From: Callorhinchus milii
Lineage: Eukaryota
Direction of reading: 5' to 3'
Assembly (NCBI RefSeq): GCF_018977255.1
Contig: NW_024704742.1
Coordinates: 43,402,001 to 43,466,000, forward strand
Length of the DNA: 64,000 nucleotides
The position numbers and the translations under genes are program-made. Each line of letters starts with the position of its first letter. The stretch's first letter is position 1. The notes beneath the pieces are model-generated. The model was given only the letters and a program-made list of their open reading frames with translations, had not been told where the DNA came from and did not search any database. Of this stretch, positions 40,055 to 56,200 are shown in pieces.

Positions 40055-40756
40055 TCTATCTATACTAATAAAACGACAATGTCTGTGTGTGTGTGTGTAT
40101 CAGCCAAGATCTCAATAACTGATTGATGTAGAGACATGATTTATACCTCATCAGAAAGGTCTTGCACCTAAGAGTGTAATGGACATATTGTTTTCTGGGA
40201 TCTCCTATCATTGATGAGTTATGACTTAAACAAGCTCATCACACTTGTAAGGCAGTTTTGCGCTGCAGTTACACCTGGTGGCTGCGCCGACTCCCAGTGG
40301 CATTGTGACACACAGTAAGCATGCACTCAGACGAAGCCAATTGGCGGGAACAAGATGGCAGAGGTGAGCTGGCTTTTCCTGCTACTCCTGGGCGGTCCCG
40401 GTCTGGGAGGAGCCATGTTGGAGTTGGGCCGGTGGCGGGTGACAGTTGGCTCGGTAAGACAGCGGAGTTTCCTGCTTCCTCAACCCATGGCCTAGCAGGG
40501 GAGGGTGATGCCTTGGGCTGGAGTTGGGGTCTCACCCAGGGATGGTGTTTAGCCCCTCCCCCTCTCCTTGTGTTTATAATTCCAGTGGATCCAACAAATG
40601 GCCAAATGGAGATCCCCGAAGATTGTGGAACCATTGTACAAGATATAGCAGAGCTCAAAACCAAAGTTTTCCCGAACCTGCCATAACTACACAAATCTAC
40701 ACTCCATATTGGATCCTTTGGTTGCAAGCGTAGCTGCATCAGGTCGGTACAGTTAG
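40055..40756 (+). mobile_element. Non-autonomous Helitron with residual Pif1-like helicase fragment
   Basis: A|TCTATCTATACTAATAAAA 5' end; ...GGTACAGTTAG|T 3' end (CTRR variant); no TSD. Internal DPTNGQMEIPEDCGTIVQDIAELKTKVFPNL resembles Helitron helicases. Confidence 0.7.
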
Positions 40757-41050
40757 TATAGTTTATATAAAAAATATAATTTTGTTTTAATTTCCTTTTG
40801 TGGAAAGGGCAGGGTGCTCTGTTAAGTTGACAAGGAAGTATATTATTCGTTAAAAAAAATGCTTATGCATTTCTACGGATTAAAAAAACTAGAAATATAT
40901 TAGGTTGCAGTTCTGTGAATATGACCAATGGTTTTCACACAGTGATGTAAGTGATAAACAAGTGTGCAGTTTCACACCCTGCCAAAAAGTTCAAATAAGT
41001 ACACTAAAGACATATATTCAATGGAGTCTGCTACATCACAAGTTATTTCA

Positions 41051-41296
<246 letters not shown>

Positions 41297-43343
41297 TCAT
41301 TCAGAGACACGAACAAGGCCTAGCTAGGTCAGTTCAGAGAGCATTGGGCAGGGCATGATGGGACATGGTCACCAACTGCATCTTGGACTGTCTACTACCT
41401 TGGCATGGTACCAAACATCAACACCTACTCACATCTGCAAGACAAGAGTGTTTCAGAAGCTATACAATAGCCATTCAGCTCCACAATTACCAGATTGTAG
41501 TGTAAACGACTGTGCATAGAGCAATACTGAACTATTAAGAGTGCATTAACTGAATGTTGTTTGCATTTTCCTAATCTACTGAAAATGCGATGCCTAACCT
41601 TCAAAGATAGTTAGTGCTTGAAGTGTATGATGTTATGAACAGATGACTTGAATCTCATCCTTGCATACAGGTAAAATCCAAGGAAAACAAGGAAACAAGG
41701 GTGAGATTCTGCCCTGCCCAGCTGCTCTGAATCTGATTAATCTACATTATTGTACTGACACAGAGTTCAAGTCTGTTGTCTTGCTCAATAATAAACACTT
41801 GATCGACCCATTAATGGTTTTGGATAAGCATCACACAGCAAAACCATATTTCACTAATGAAATACAAACCACAAGTTACCTAAAATATCTGAATAGGTAA
41901 TGACCAATGCTTAAGTCATAGTGCACACAAAAGTAATGTTTCTTCCCACCCCAAACAAAATCTCAACATGGCCATCTTTTCATCTACCAAAGTACATTAA
42001 TCCTCTGTAACCCAATTACACAAACATATTAGTTTAGAAATTTAATCTTTCATCGTCTGTACTATCCAACAATGGTTTTGAAATAGTGCCTTTCCTGATT
42101 CTTGGGGACCAATATGGTTCTGAAGTTAATCCTCTATTATTGAAATCGCAAGCCTCGGCACAGAATTATTTTGGGCACAAACAACTAACATTGCAAGCCC
42201 AAAATGTTCAGAGAAATTCTTGCTTTGAAAGGCATCCATTTCCGTTCCAACAGGCAGTTTTCTGCTTCAACAGACCTAGTTCAATTACCGCTGCAACCAA
42301 ACGTAGCTATCCAGATGATAAAACTTGTTAACTTGCCAAATATTAACCTGCAGTAGTTTTCCCTGTACTTGTCTGGATTCTCAGAAATGTCAGATTGTAA
42401 ACTGATGTGCATTTGGGGATTTAAAAAAAAACCCAACATTTATCCTGCAGATCTGAAATATTTTTCGGAATCTAATAATGCTGAATAATCACAATTTTCA
42501 TTTGAGTACCATGCCTTCATTAGGATACCATTTTCTTTCTAGTTCAAAGTGAGCTGCTTAGAATGCATGGCTCAAAGATAGGAAGGATAAAGTGTTAAAG
42601 GGTCTAAAAAGTCATGACCTTCATCAAAACGGAAAAGGTTGCTTACTTTTGCTAAAATATTTTCTCCAGTACAAAAGTATTTCTGCAAGCTTTATTAAAG
42701 GGCCACTAAGGTAAAGCTAGAGGGAGTCCATTTTGCTTTGAAAGTTATAAAATAATTTGCCCAAAGCAAGAAACCTTTGCTCAGACACACTAATTAGGAC
42801 CCAATATGCATGAGGCTATCCAGCACTGTATTACAGTAAGTTTCATAGGGACAACAGCAGCTTTGGTTCAGCCAATAGGTCAAAGTAGAGTGAGCCAACC
42901 CCAGGAAATTCACTGGGTAATGTCATACACTCACTAGTACTAAATGTTCACTGCCAAGAGTGCTCCTGATCAACTCCCAGGCATCCAAACGCACCAATGT
43001 GCAACGCTCAGAGATGCTATCCTACGTGAAGGGTGCTATATAACTGCAAGCAAGCTGCTGCTGTCTTCACCCACTCCGCTAAAACTGAAATGACATGCTC
43101 AGCAACTCCATGTAGCATAAGTGAACAGTCCAGAGCAAAGTGGATCGCATGGTGTGTTTAAGCAAGGATTTCTTACTTCAGGATTTCAGAACCAGGTTAT
43201 TTTGCTTTTATTTCTTTGAGCAAAAAGCAAGTTGCTCAGAAATTTCGTTCCCCTTTAATACTCAATGTTTACCACTCAATACAGAATCAGTACTGCACCT
43301 TTTTTTGCATCTGCAAAGTAGAGCCTCAAATAGATCAACCCTA

Positions 43344-43685
<342 letters not shown>

Positions 43686-45953
43686 TCACTCAAAGTTTAT
43701 ATTATTGGTCTAGGACAGCATGCAGTTCAGCTTTTCTAGATAGATGAACCCAAAGAAAGCAATATTAAGCAAAATGTAGAACCTAGAGCTCAATGTAGGC
43801 TCTGAAGTTTACAAACTATGTGTTGAGTTTTGTCTCCACTACTGTTAACTTGAAAAACACAAATCAAACAACACCCCTCTCTCCTCTATCCTCCCACCCC
43901 ACTAACACACACCCAAGGAAAATCAGAAGCGGTAATTAGCATTTATATTTTCAAATACAGAGAGAGAGAAAGAGAGAGAAAAAAAGAGAAAGCTGTGTCT
44001 GCTCTTGCACAACATAACACTCAGAGTCCTGGTAACAGAAATGGAACGTTTTATAATGCCATTAAAGACCCAGGAGTGTGACCTGCTCTTTGCCGAACAT
44101 TAAAAGACTGAAGGGCAGTTGAATTGACACTAAAGGTACAATATAAATGGCCTATTAATTTCGACGAAAGCAAAAAAGGTTGTAAAGACAAAACAATTTT
44201 GTGGAGGATTGAATTTTTAAAAAAAAGTCTGGGACATATAAAAAGTGACCATAAGAAAATCGGTACTTCCTCAAATGATTCCCACCAGCTGGGTAGCAGA
44301 GGGTTACACACCATCAATCATGATGTCCTTCTTGGCGTGATGACAGGTTTACTTTCAGAGCACAAAAAGGCACTTGATTTTTTTTTAAAAAACACAACTC
44401 ATTCTCTACACATAACAGTTCTCCTCACATCAGGGATGGAAAATTTTGCTTGCCCGGATGTCGCTTTATAACTGTGTCAAGAGGGAAAGCAAAGCAAACT
44501 GCCAGCTGTCAATTATGGCTATTGCGTCTCCACTTATCTTCAATGCTCCTTTCATGGTGTTGCTCCTGATTTTCAGTGGCCTGTTTCAGCTCTTTCTTCA
44601 TTTCATTTTACCCCTTAATCAATTGGTGAACTTCACCTTCATGCTGAAATGGACTTGGTCCATTTCAGGATCCTTTGCGAATGCCACTCGCACTACACTC
44701 ACCATTGCTTACAGGGCTCTGTGTTGAGCCGAGTGTTTTGAGCCGAATGTGCCAGATTAACATCATGGGTTTGTAAGGAAGTCTGAATGTGCAAGAACTG
44801 TGAGGGAAATTGCAACTTTAATTTGAGACTTCACTGGTCTAGCTTTTGTGAACGAGCTACCTCTACACATTACAGTACTCATTGACTTCACACAAGCGAA
44901 TATTAAAAACTTCAGTTTCATATGCTCAGCACTGTAGATAGTGCTATTTGGAGGATAAGTGCCTTATTAGATTGTGTTGGTAGATGAACACTGGAAATTG
45001 AGAGATGCATACAGAGAAGGGACATTTGAATAGTATAGATGGAGTTTATTGTAAGGTAAGTTTGCGTTCAGTTAAGATACTTGGTCAGATGAGATTACAG
45101 GAAAACATGTCAGAATACAACTGAAAAGGTAAAATTTGAATGATAAAATACTAGAGTAAAGGAAAAGAATGGACAGACTGACGTTTTGAAATATTGAAAA
45201 GCATCTTATGTTGAGAACATTAAAACTGTTAACTTGTATTAAGTACNTTTTTTTGCTTCTGAAATGTACTTTGCATGATTTGTCCATTTTTGAAAACTAG
45301 TTAAGTTTTCTAAACTGACTAACTTAAAACAATCCCTGTTTTAGGAACAGAATTGTACTTTTGAGTGTCAGGGATGAGTCTGAACATAGCCTCGATGAGA
45401 TATCAGGAATACAACCACTGCCTGTAAGGCACTGCTGGACAATACAGCAGTGAAGTCCCTTTGCTGCATTTGATCCATCACTTTGGGAGGCACCATATAA
45501 GACAGACTTCATCAGATACAAACAAGAACGAAGACAGATGTCTCCCTCCCTCTTGACCCTCACAAAATAATAATGCTGGGCATTTTACAGAAATCCTATG
45601 ACCGAAAAAAAATCTTAAAACAACCCTAAACTCCAAATTTAATAGCTAGATCATAAATATCATAAATATATCAAAAAATAATCAGCTTTAAATACTGGAG
45701 CATAGGGAGTTTGACAGCGGAAGGAACACAGAAATCCCATTAAAGCTCCAGCTTTTTTTTTCCACAGGTCTATTGTGGACTTGCACCTTGACTTTCAGTG
45801 CTGGCCAGCTTGCTTCCTGCACTAAACATGGCTGATATCTGGGCTGTCAGATTGTCACTGACGCAGACAACATGACCACCCAGAGGTTGACCATTTTTGC
45901 GGCCAATTCTATTATAATGAGGTTTTCCGATATCTGTAAACTAAGGTCAGTCA

Positions 45954-46070
<117 letters not shown>

Positions 46071-47404
46071 TCAAAAAAAAAAGCAATTAATTGCATACCT
46101 GGAAAAAGTTGTCAGAACCCCAGAGAGTACAATGCAGAAAATGATGGATATGAATGGTCACATCTTTACAATGTAAATCAAAAAGATCTAAAATTCCTTT
46201 GTCCAACTTTCTCTTCTGATGCCCACTCCTCAACTTGAAGCAGCAAATGGGTGGGGTCACATTAAAAGTTAGACACATCTCTGTAACAATAATCCTTGTA
46301 TTTCATAAGTGTTTGATCACATCATCAAAACATCTCAAAGTGCTTCACGGAATTTACTGTAAAGTGTAGTGACTTATAAATGTCCTAGAAACTACCACAA
46401 GCATAAGCTCGTGAATCAGGCCGATGACAGAAAGATCACCCGTCAGGCAGGACTGTCTTCATTCTAATCATAGCACTGGCCGCACACTGGAGTAGAGAAC
46501 CAAGGGTGCAGTTAGGAGATTCAATGGACACAGGATTGTGTTAATGGTGATATAGTGATGGCAAACTAGTCAGCACGACCTTGCATTCCATGAACTCCCT
46601 GTACAGAACTGTCAGCATATTCTCCCCAAAGGAAGCAATGATGTATGAAGGTGACCAGGAAAATAAATACCTCAAAGATGTATTGAAAGAATAGCCAGGT
46701 GTCATCTTGATATGTGAACGGTTTTTCAATTCAAGGAATGAAGGGGGGAAGGTGACATACAATCTCATTTAGTACTGCACACACTGCAGAGGATGAATTG
46801 TCAGGATTGAGACAGAAGGAAGCACTCTTTTCAAAGAGCAGAGAGACATTTCCTGGTCAAAATGATACCATTGTAGTTAAGACAGATCAGTCACATTGAA
46901 GATTGGGTTGCATGATAGGTTCAGGCAACAAGAGTTGAGCAAAGGATCTGATACCAACTATTGCGATGACAGTTTCCAAGGAGAGACTAAAAGTCTGAAG
47001 CGAAAATTTTATATTGGTGATACTTAGGAGCAGTGATATTTGGTGCAGCTTCAGGGGAGAACATTTGAATACTAGAGACCACATGGCCATTCTATAGTCT
47101 ATTTTTTATATTAAAAGGCTGTCAAAATTAGGAAACAAAGTTGTGGAAATAAAAAAAAAAATCACTCAAGTTGGAGGAACTTTCTTAATAGCCCTGCACA
47201 AAGCACTCCAGCAAATCACGACGGCCAAAACACCACCACTTTCCAAAATGCTCCCATTCACAACAAAGGTACAAGAAGGTACTTCTTCCCGCAACCCCAC
47301 TCCAAGCAACAAACATAAAGTTGACAATTTCTAGAAGAGAATCAACAAATGTTGCATCTTCCATCAATTCAACAAAAACCCTGATTGAAGAACAGTACTT
47401 GCAA

Positions 47405-47840
47405 TTGATAATCCTTGCATTTGGTACAGCTCCTTTCACATTAGGAAGACATCACAAAGCACTTAACAGGATTTACTGCAAAGTGGAGTGACTGTATTTT
47501 GTAGGTGAATATGGCAACCACTGACCAATTTTATTCAGAGGATTGTTGGCCGGGACACACAAAGAAATTCCCTTCTCTTTTCCGGTAATTTTGTGAAATC
47601 TTTACATGAACAGGCAGAGTAGACCCCAGTTTAATGTCTCCTCCGAAGGATCGCGTCTTCAATAATGCAGCTGCCACGAGCACTGCATTGGTGTCAGCTG
47701 GACTGAGTTCCCTTTCAGTGCCTCTGGGCTCCCTTCTGATGTAAAAGGTGCTATATAATTTGTTGTTCCAAGAACCAACGTGGCTTGCCCTACAATCATC
47801 TGACTCACAGGCGTGAGTGCTACCAAATGAGCTAAGCTAA
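47405..47840 (-). mobile_element. Deu-domain-type SINE with an embedded short L2 tail (~47715-47765)
   Basis: Shared tail and core; head near 47780-47835. Confidence 0.65.
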
Positions 47841-49233
47841 GACCCTGAATCTAGTAGCATAGGAATTTTACAACAAGTGTTATTCCCTTGCTCCCCTGAA
47901 TCTGATTCAGACTATTCTCTTAGTGTTTGCTGCTGAAACATAGAAGTGTACAGAATCCGAAACATCTGGTTAGTCCCAAAGTTGTAGTTTTTTTAAAAAA
48001 ACAAAAAAAAGGCAAACACTGCTTTTCTCTTTCACACCTCTCATAAGAGACAGCCAAGAAAATCTTACTCTTTTGCAGTGTAATGCACCCTGCCAGGCTT
48101 TTTTTACATAGTCTTTTTTCCTTCTTCAAACACACTACCACCATCACGATTTCACCCTGCTCAAGTGATTTACGGAGACACCTCTTGCCGGAAGCTTGCT
48201 GTACATTGCTAAGCTGATGAGCCTGCTCATTTCTGCAAAGTCGCAGATGGAAAATTCTGATTTTTNAAAAATACTCTTTTCCAGAAGGGATGGGTGATTA
48301 TTCCAAAGCAAGCAGGACTCTCCTGCTGCTGGTGGAAACTGGAGCATAAATTGCAGATTGAGACTGTGATTCAAGCTCCCGTCTCCTTGTTGGCAAGTCG
48401 ACTTGTTATGTTCTTGTTACTTGAGTTGCTATATATAAAACAAAAGAAAACTGGCAGGGTTCATTACACAATTGATATTGGTGCTGTTTAATTATTGTAC
48501 CGAGCACAGTAGAGGAAAACTGTGCCAAAGCATACTAGTGGTAGCGGAGGGTGAAAACTAGTTGATAATCGGAGCAGAGATAATCAATGTACCACTGAAT
48601 GAGGTTTTGTGCGGGGGGGGGGGGGGGGGTGAGGAGGAGAACAAATGGGAGTCAGGTTAGGTGGAAAACTAAAACTTACATTAATATATTTATATATTTT
48701 AAAAGAAAGGTTATATTACTCATCCCCATTCCCCATCGGATCCTGCTCAACTCTTGTGCTGGATATTAAGAAGGAAGATTGCGAAACGTCATAACCTTGT
48801 GCTGGTGGGTGAAACTGGCATTCTAAATAATACTTATAAGCTTGTGTTTGAATTGCTCTGAATAGGCCTTTACATTAGAGCATTTGGATCAATTGAACCA
48901 TGAAATGATATTACAATTTTTTTAATGCAGTAGTTTAAAGTTTGTAGCTCCTTGCTGTTAAGACCAGACAAAATTAAGGTATTCTGCATTATCCAATGAC
49001 AACAGTAATGCAGGACATGACAGATTGCCTTCCTAGAAATAGCGTTTTCTATCATCAAGAGTCGCATGTAAAAGCCTGGCTGCAAACATAGCGAACACGT
49101 TCCACTGAGGACAGTACAGAATTACTTGAGGTGGAAAGCAAGTCCTGACCGTAAAACTGAAATCCAGCACCATATCACTAGACTATTGAACAGTTCAAGA
49201 ATAACTTTTACTTTCTAAGTCTGCAAACCATTA

Positions 49234-49515
<282 letters not shown>

Positions 49516-51142
49516 CTAGTTGTTAGGTGGTTAATCACGCATAATGAGGACAGTATTGTGTGTGTTCGCTCGATCAAAGTTTCTATCTAGCCTATGGGAA
49601 TTGTAATTGCCTTCATAACACGTAACATACAATATAACACAATGGGATGAAGGGAAATTAATTTTCTTTAAAAAATCACATTACTCAGTTGCATTTCCAA
49701 AATAAACTAGAAGTACACTCTGGTAAAATCAACTAGAGTTTGACTGACCTCAAAAACAATAAGAGCAAAAGGTTTAAAAGAAGCTGTGTTATTCTAAGCT
49801 CAATTTATTTTTAACTGATCTGGGTATAAGGATGGTTAAGATCCATTAACACAAACTACAAAAATCTAATATGATAGTCAAGTGCTGGAGAGCTCAAGAG
49901 TAAACCAATAGCATCGTCCAACATATTCAAGACTTGTTTAGACTCTGGCCTTGTCAGCTGAAATCCACTTTCTTTTAAAATAAAATTGGAGGAATGGCCA
50001 CAGCTGAGGACAGGATTGAGCTAAACTATAAATAAACATTCTTGTATTTGGTATTGCATCTTATCACATCATCCAGATGTCTCAAAGTGCTTCACAGGAC
50101 TTCACTGTAAAGCAAGCACTGCAGACAATTTGTGCACATCCTATCACAATAAGCAGCTGTGAACCAACAGAAATAGCCTTAGGCTTTTTAAACATGAGTA
50201 CTGTGTATGCATGGGTATCCCAAAAAATGTGTTGTAAATGATCACACATAACACGGACCAATTAACTAACATGTTTCATTTCAGCCCAACCTCCATCAGT
50301 TTGTCGTCAGACACACAACAACTAGCATTTATCTAGCTCCCTTCACACAAGGTAGCGTCCCAGAGCACTTCACAGTGGCGGAGTCTGACGACCAATTAAC
50401 TGGCAAGTTTCATTTCAGTCCCTGAGATCTGACTGACAATCACCTGATGACGGTTAGGTGCGTGACAAAACAAACAACTTCGAATTACAAAGTCTTGTTT
50501 CTTAAAAAAAATTGCATTCACTGTACGCTGATTTTTGCCACACAGACTTTTTTGTGTAATATACACACAATTTTGTGTAATGTGATCTCCGAATTACCCA
50601 ATTCTATCTGGGAGAAATTCCCTCTTTTCAAATTGTGACATGGAATCTTCAAAGTTTACACAAGGAAGACTTTGGTTTAGCATCTCATCCAAAGCCGAGC
50701 ACCTCTGACAATGGATCGTTCCCCAGCAGTCCAGTGGAATGTTTACCTAGACCACGAGATCAAAGTCCCAACGCTGCTTGAGCCCACAACCTTCTGACTC
50801 AGGGCAAGGGTGGTACCAATAAGCTGTCATCATGCATGGTCAAATTGCCTACCTTTCCACAATACCTGAGCTCTACCAAGAAAATCTCCACAGTTGAGGT
50901 AACGGAAGGGCTATTAGTGTTCCTGGAATGTTACTTCAGTTTGCTTTCAATGGGAGGGGAAGGGGGAGGAATCACTAACACAAATTACTTTCCCAGTCTC
51001 TCTCCCCACCCCACCTCCACAGAGATACAGACTACAGATCAGTGGTGAACCCTAAACTATCTAAATTCTCAAGCAACAATACAGCAGTGAAGAATGATAA
51101 TTGCTAACAAGAAGATTTATGCAGACCAAAATTCTCTAATCA

Positions 51143-52050
<908 letters not shown>

Positions 52051-53206
52051 ACAGAACACTCTGCAACACATCTATAAAAAAAACATACTGTCAGTTGGTC
52101 TGGAGCAAGACATGCACCCCTTCCCAGCCCAGCCTGAACCCACACTAAACTATCTGTTCCAGGTAACCTAGAAGTTTACATCCTACCTGAGAGGAACAAG
52201 AAGCCGTAAAAGGATCTGAAGAGTTAGAAACCCTAGACCATCCTCAGCTGGCGAGTAAAGTTAATAGTAGCATCGGAGTTACATGAATCACAATTCCCTG
52301 CTTTGATTAATAATAAGAATCCTTGCATTTGACACAGCACCTTTCATGCCATGGTTAAGTGTGTGCATGTACTCTCTTCTATACTTTCCATTCATTCTAT
52401 CAAACTAAAGGGACAGCAGTCTTCTCTGTCAATTCATCATTGCTGTAGACAACTGGAGATTTTTAACTGTAAAATCAATCTAGCAGTTAGTATCCTGTGG
52501 ATTAATGAATTGCGCTAGCACAAAAGATTCTGTGCACTCTCATTGTGTCCAGAGACCCGATTTGTGACAACATTTTTTAACTACAAGATACTGGAATAAT
52601 GTACATTAACTGCACTGGCTGACATGCCTTTTACAGGGCTCTGATGCCCCAAGTTACAGCTGAAGAACAATGGCCAGAAGGTTTTCCACTGCAATCTTAA
52701 CTCATATTTCTTTCTGAATAAACTCGAGAATGCAATTACCATTCACTACAATGCAACATGTGCATGAAGATTCACTCCCCTCGAGCTCAAAAACACTATC
52801 CTGCATGAAGAGCGCTACAAATGCAAGTTTTTGTTGTTCAAAACTATAAGCACATGACCATTTAAGATCAAATTATTACTTTCCATACTACGATATAAAT
52901 TCAATGCTAAATAAAAAAATACTTTTCTGCAATTAATTAAAATCTAACATCTATTAATAATGAAAAAAATATTGCTTTACTCAGGTTAATGGAGGTGTTC
53001 AGATTTAATATCTAGCCACCAACAGCGTGTCTCAAAAGGTTTAATGTAGTTCTCATTACTGACCACAATATTTTAGCTATATTCTGCCTTGCTTAGTATG
53101 GAAGCAGATAAAGGATTTGCTATAATAATATTAATTATTATCACTTTTCATATTAGTTCCTCTTTTGTGCAATACAACTTTGTCATAAAGCAGGTTTACT
53201 TATAAG

Positions 53207-53544
53207 TGTGGAGTCAGTCACACTGGATTTACACCAGACAAACTGTGCGCAGAAAGCCAGCGGCTTGATTCAAATTACACCATCTTCCTTCAAACACAGG
53301 TGGTTTCTCACACATTAAAAAATTGCTGACTTCCGGGTCACCAGGTTGCTTTATGTGCGCCACTTGCCGTGCTCTGGAAATGTGTAACTCTGACCTGATG
53401 ACCTGGAAGTTGACCACAAAATGAAAGCAAACATGTTGATATTCTACCTGATTAGCTAGGAAACCGGTGTTAAAAACTAAATAAAATGCCAATTCAAAAT
53501 GCCACTAGCAAACGAACATTGCCATACACGTGACTGACTCCACA
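53207..53544. mobile_element. Candidate MITE with 15-bp inverted repeats
   Basis: tgtggagtcagtcac (53207-53221) / gtgactgactccaca (53530-53544), plus an internal 18-bp inverted pair. Confidence 0.55.
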
Positions 53545-54684
53545 GCTGACCGGTAAGTTGTACCATTTTTATGATTTAATGCATTCAATTACCAAAATAA
53601 TCGGTTGACATGGTAGAGTAATTGGTGTTAAGTGATTAAAGGCTTGAAATGAACATCATATTAGCAAATCAAAGGAGTTGGAAAGGTTAGAAACACACAA
53701 GTTAAAAATGAAACAATTAGACTTAACTGTACGAAGCACAGTCTCAGTAACTCAATTCGCTTTGGAAAGGGGGGCAGAGGAAGAAATTGTTCCCATGAAA
53801 GCCTTTGACGGGGGAGCAACTCAGAATCCGAGAGAAAATCCATTGAAACCTATTTATAATTGAACTTATCTCTCCTCCTATCCTGCTCCCATCCAGTCAA
53901 AAAATTCTATTTAGGATAACAGAGAGGTGGGGTCTAATTACTTCCTCCCACGGGTCTAACAATGAACCAAAATAAGCAGCATTTATGAAGTACGGCACCA
54001 CCAATGATAATCCTGAAGGTGAACAGTGTCATAAAAATAACGCACGTCTATACAGTCTAATCCTAGTGCTTGTTATCTCCCAAACGGAAGAAAATTGTGG
54101 TGTAATTCCATATCCCTCATTCTGGCCCGGGAAAGACGAGCTGATGTCAGTGGAACATGCTTTGGGAAGCAACTAAGCAAATCAAGTGTCTACAAGTCAG
54201 AGGCTCATCCGAAGACCCACAAGGAAATGTGAGTGGAAATAATGTGAGAGGAAATGGGTGAGGTTCCGATTAATATCTTTCAGAATAGATAAAAGAAGAG
54301 CCTATTCTGAAAATTGGAGGATATACAAATGTGATCCCATTATTCTAGGAGGAGCGTGACAAGCCTGGGAATGACACATCTTTAATGGTGATAATGCTTA
54401 AGAGCATTATTGGTGACAGTCTACCTGATAGAACTCTCATCTATGGGTCAGAAGTTAAATCAAGCCCCACATCAAGACATTTGATAAATACTTTAAACTA
54501 AGGTCCTGTCTGCTTTACTTCAGACAGTCACATTCCTATGCCATTAGGAAAGGGCAGGGCCCTGGCCAACAATCCTCCAAATTAATTTGTCATTCATCTC
54601 AGTTTGTGAGACCGTACTTTTGTAAACTGGTTGCTGTGTGTAATACACGCATTCGTCACCTCAAGGCTCAACTACAGAAACTCC

Positions 54685-55190
54685 CTCATCAGCCTCCCCA
54701 ACTCATCCAGAATTTTGCAGCCCATGTCCTCTCCCGCACCAGGCTCCATGACCCCATCACCCCCACCCGGTTCCACTGGTTCCCCATCCCTCTAGAGGAT
54801 AGAATTCAAAATCCTCGTCCTCATTTTTAAGGCCCTCCATGGCCTTTCCCCCTCCTACATCTCTGATCTGCTGACCCTCTATCAACCTGTCCACTCTTTG
54901 CTCAGCAGGCTCCAGCCTGCTCCATGTCTCCCGCCCTACCATCGGCTGATGGGCTTTTAGCCTCTTTGCCTCCACTTTTTGGAACTCCATCCTACAGTCC
55001 CTTCGCCTTGCTTCCTAGGCACAATTCAAGACCCTCCTTTTTGATCGTGCCTTCAGCCGCCCTCCTACCCCCTTCTGCGCTCCTTCATCCCAACCCGGCC
55101 CCACACGCTCGGGTCCTGATCCCTGACCGTTCAGCACCTTGGGACATCCTCCCAATATAAAAGGTGCTTTACAAATGTAATTTTGTTATT
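54685..55190 (+). mobile_element. LINE2 3' fragment
   Basis: [22 protein letters not shown]...HWFPI, plus tail. Confidence 0.88.
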
Positions 55191-55779
55191 ATGTGCATCT
55201 ACAAAATCATTTTAAGGTACAGTGCAGCCCTGTCACAATGGCTTTACTATACCGCAAATTCACCTATAATGCAAGTCACTGTGGATCCCATTGATTACAC
55301 ATACATGCAGCCAACCAACACACGTCTTGAGCTGAAATGGCTGAGCTCAGGTCAAGAGATCGCCACTGACAGTTCCTGCTTTGCTGGGCATGAACAACAG
55401 AGTGACTTTGATGCAATATAATGATTTGGAAGCTGGCCAATTTCTCATCCTACAAAATGGCCGACTTCCAGGTCACCACCAATGATACTATCTTCTTCGC
55501 ACACCAAACAGGAAGTGACAAAGGTGGTTATCTGATAATCTCAAAATCAGTTTTGTAATAAAGACACACACCTGGCTGCACACATGCACAGTGAAATTCG
55601 CTATAGTGCGGGTTGGAATTACCTGTGAAGTGATGCAAGTTATTTTGACATAATAATAATACAAATAATCTTTGTGTTTGATGTTAAGGATGAAATCAAT
55701 ACATAGTTAAACAGATTCCACAATGAGTAATTTATATGGATTTGGAAAGAACAAATAATGCCTCATGATGGAAGTGACT

Positions 55780-56200
55780 AAATTAGCAGCTTCCCGGTGG
55801 ATACAATTCATTTGCATAAGTTAGTAAATAATAATTAATAAAGTTCGATATGTTGACTTTTTAAAGAAGGCTAAAGATCATGGAATTAGTATCAAATTGG
55901 CTACTTTAATTGGAAACTGGTTTAGTAATAGGAACAAAAAATAATGTGATATATGGAGAAGGTTGGGGGAAGTGACAAGCAGAGTTCCACCTGGATTTGT
56001 TCTTGCTTCCTGCTGTTCACGCTATCCATAAGTGACATGAGAGGAGTGCAATTCTCATAAGATTCTCGTATAAATATGTGGAGATGACACTAAGCTATGT
56101 GAGCAGATGAATAGAGGGACAAAATAGCATCTGGACCAATTAATCAGATCAAAGAATGGCAGGTGAATTTTAATAATTAATAATAATGTAAGTAAATGTA
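55780..56200 (+). mobile_element. Highly degenerate CR1-like RT fragment
   Basis: Remnants resembling HGI...IGNW...VTSRVP and DDTKL segments. Confidence 0.45.
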
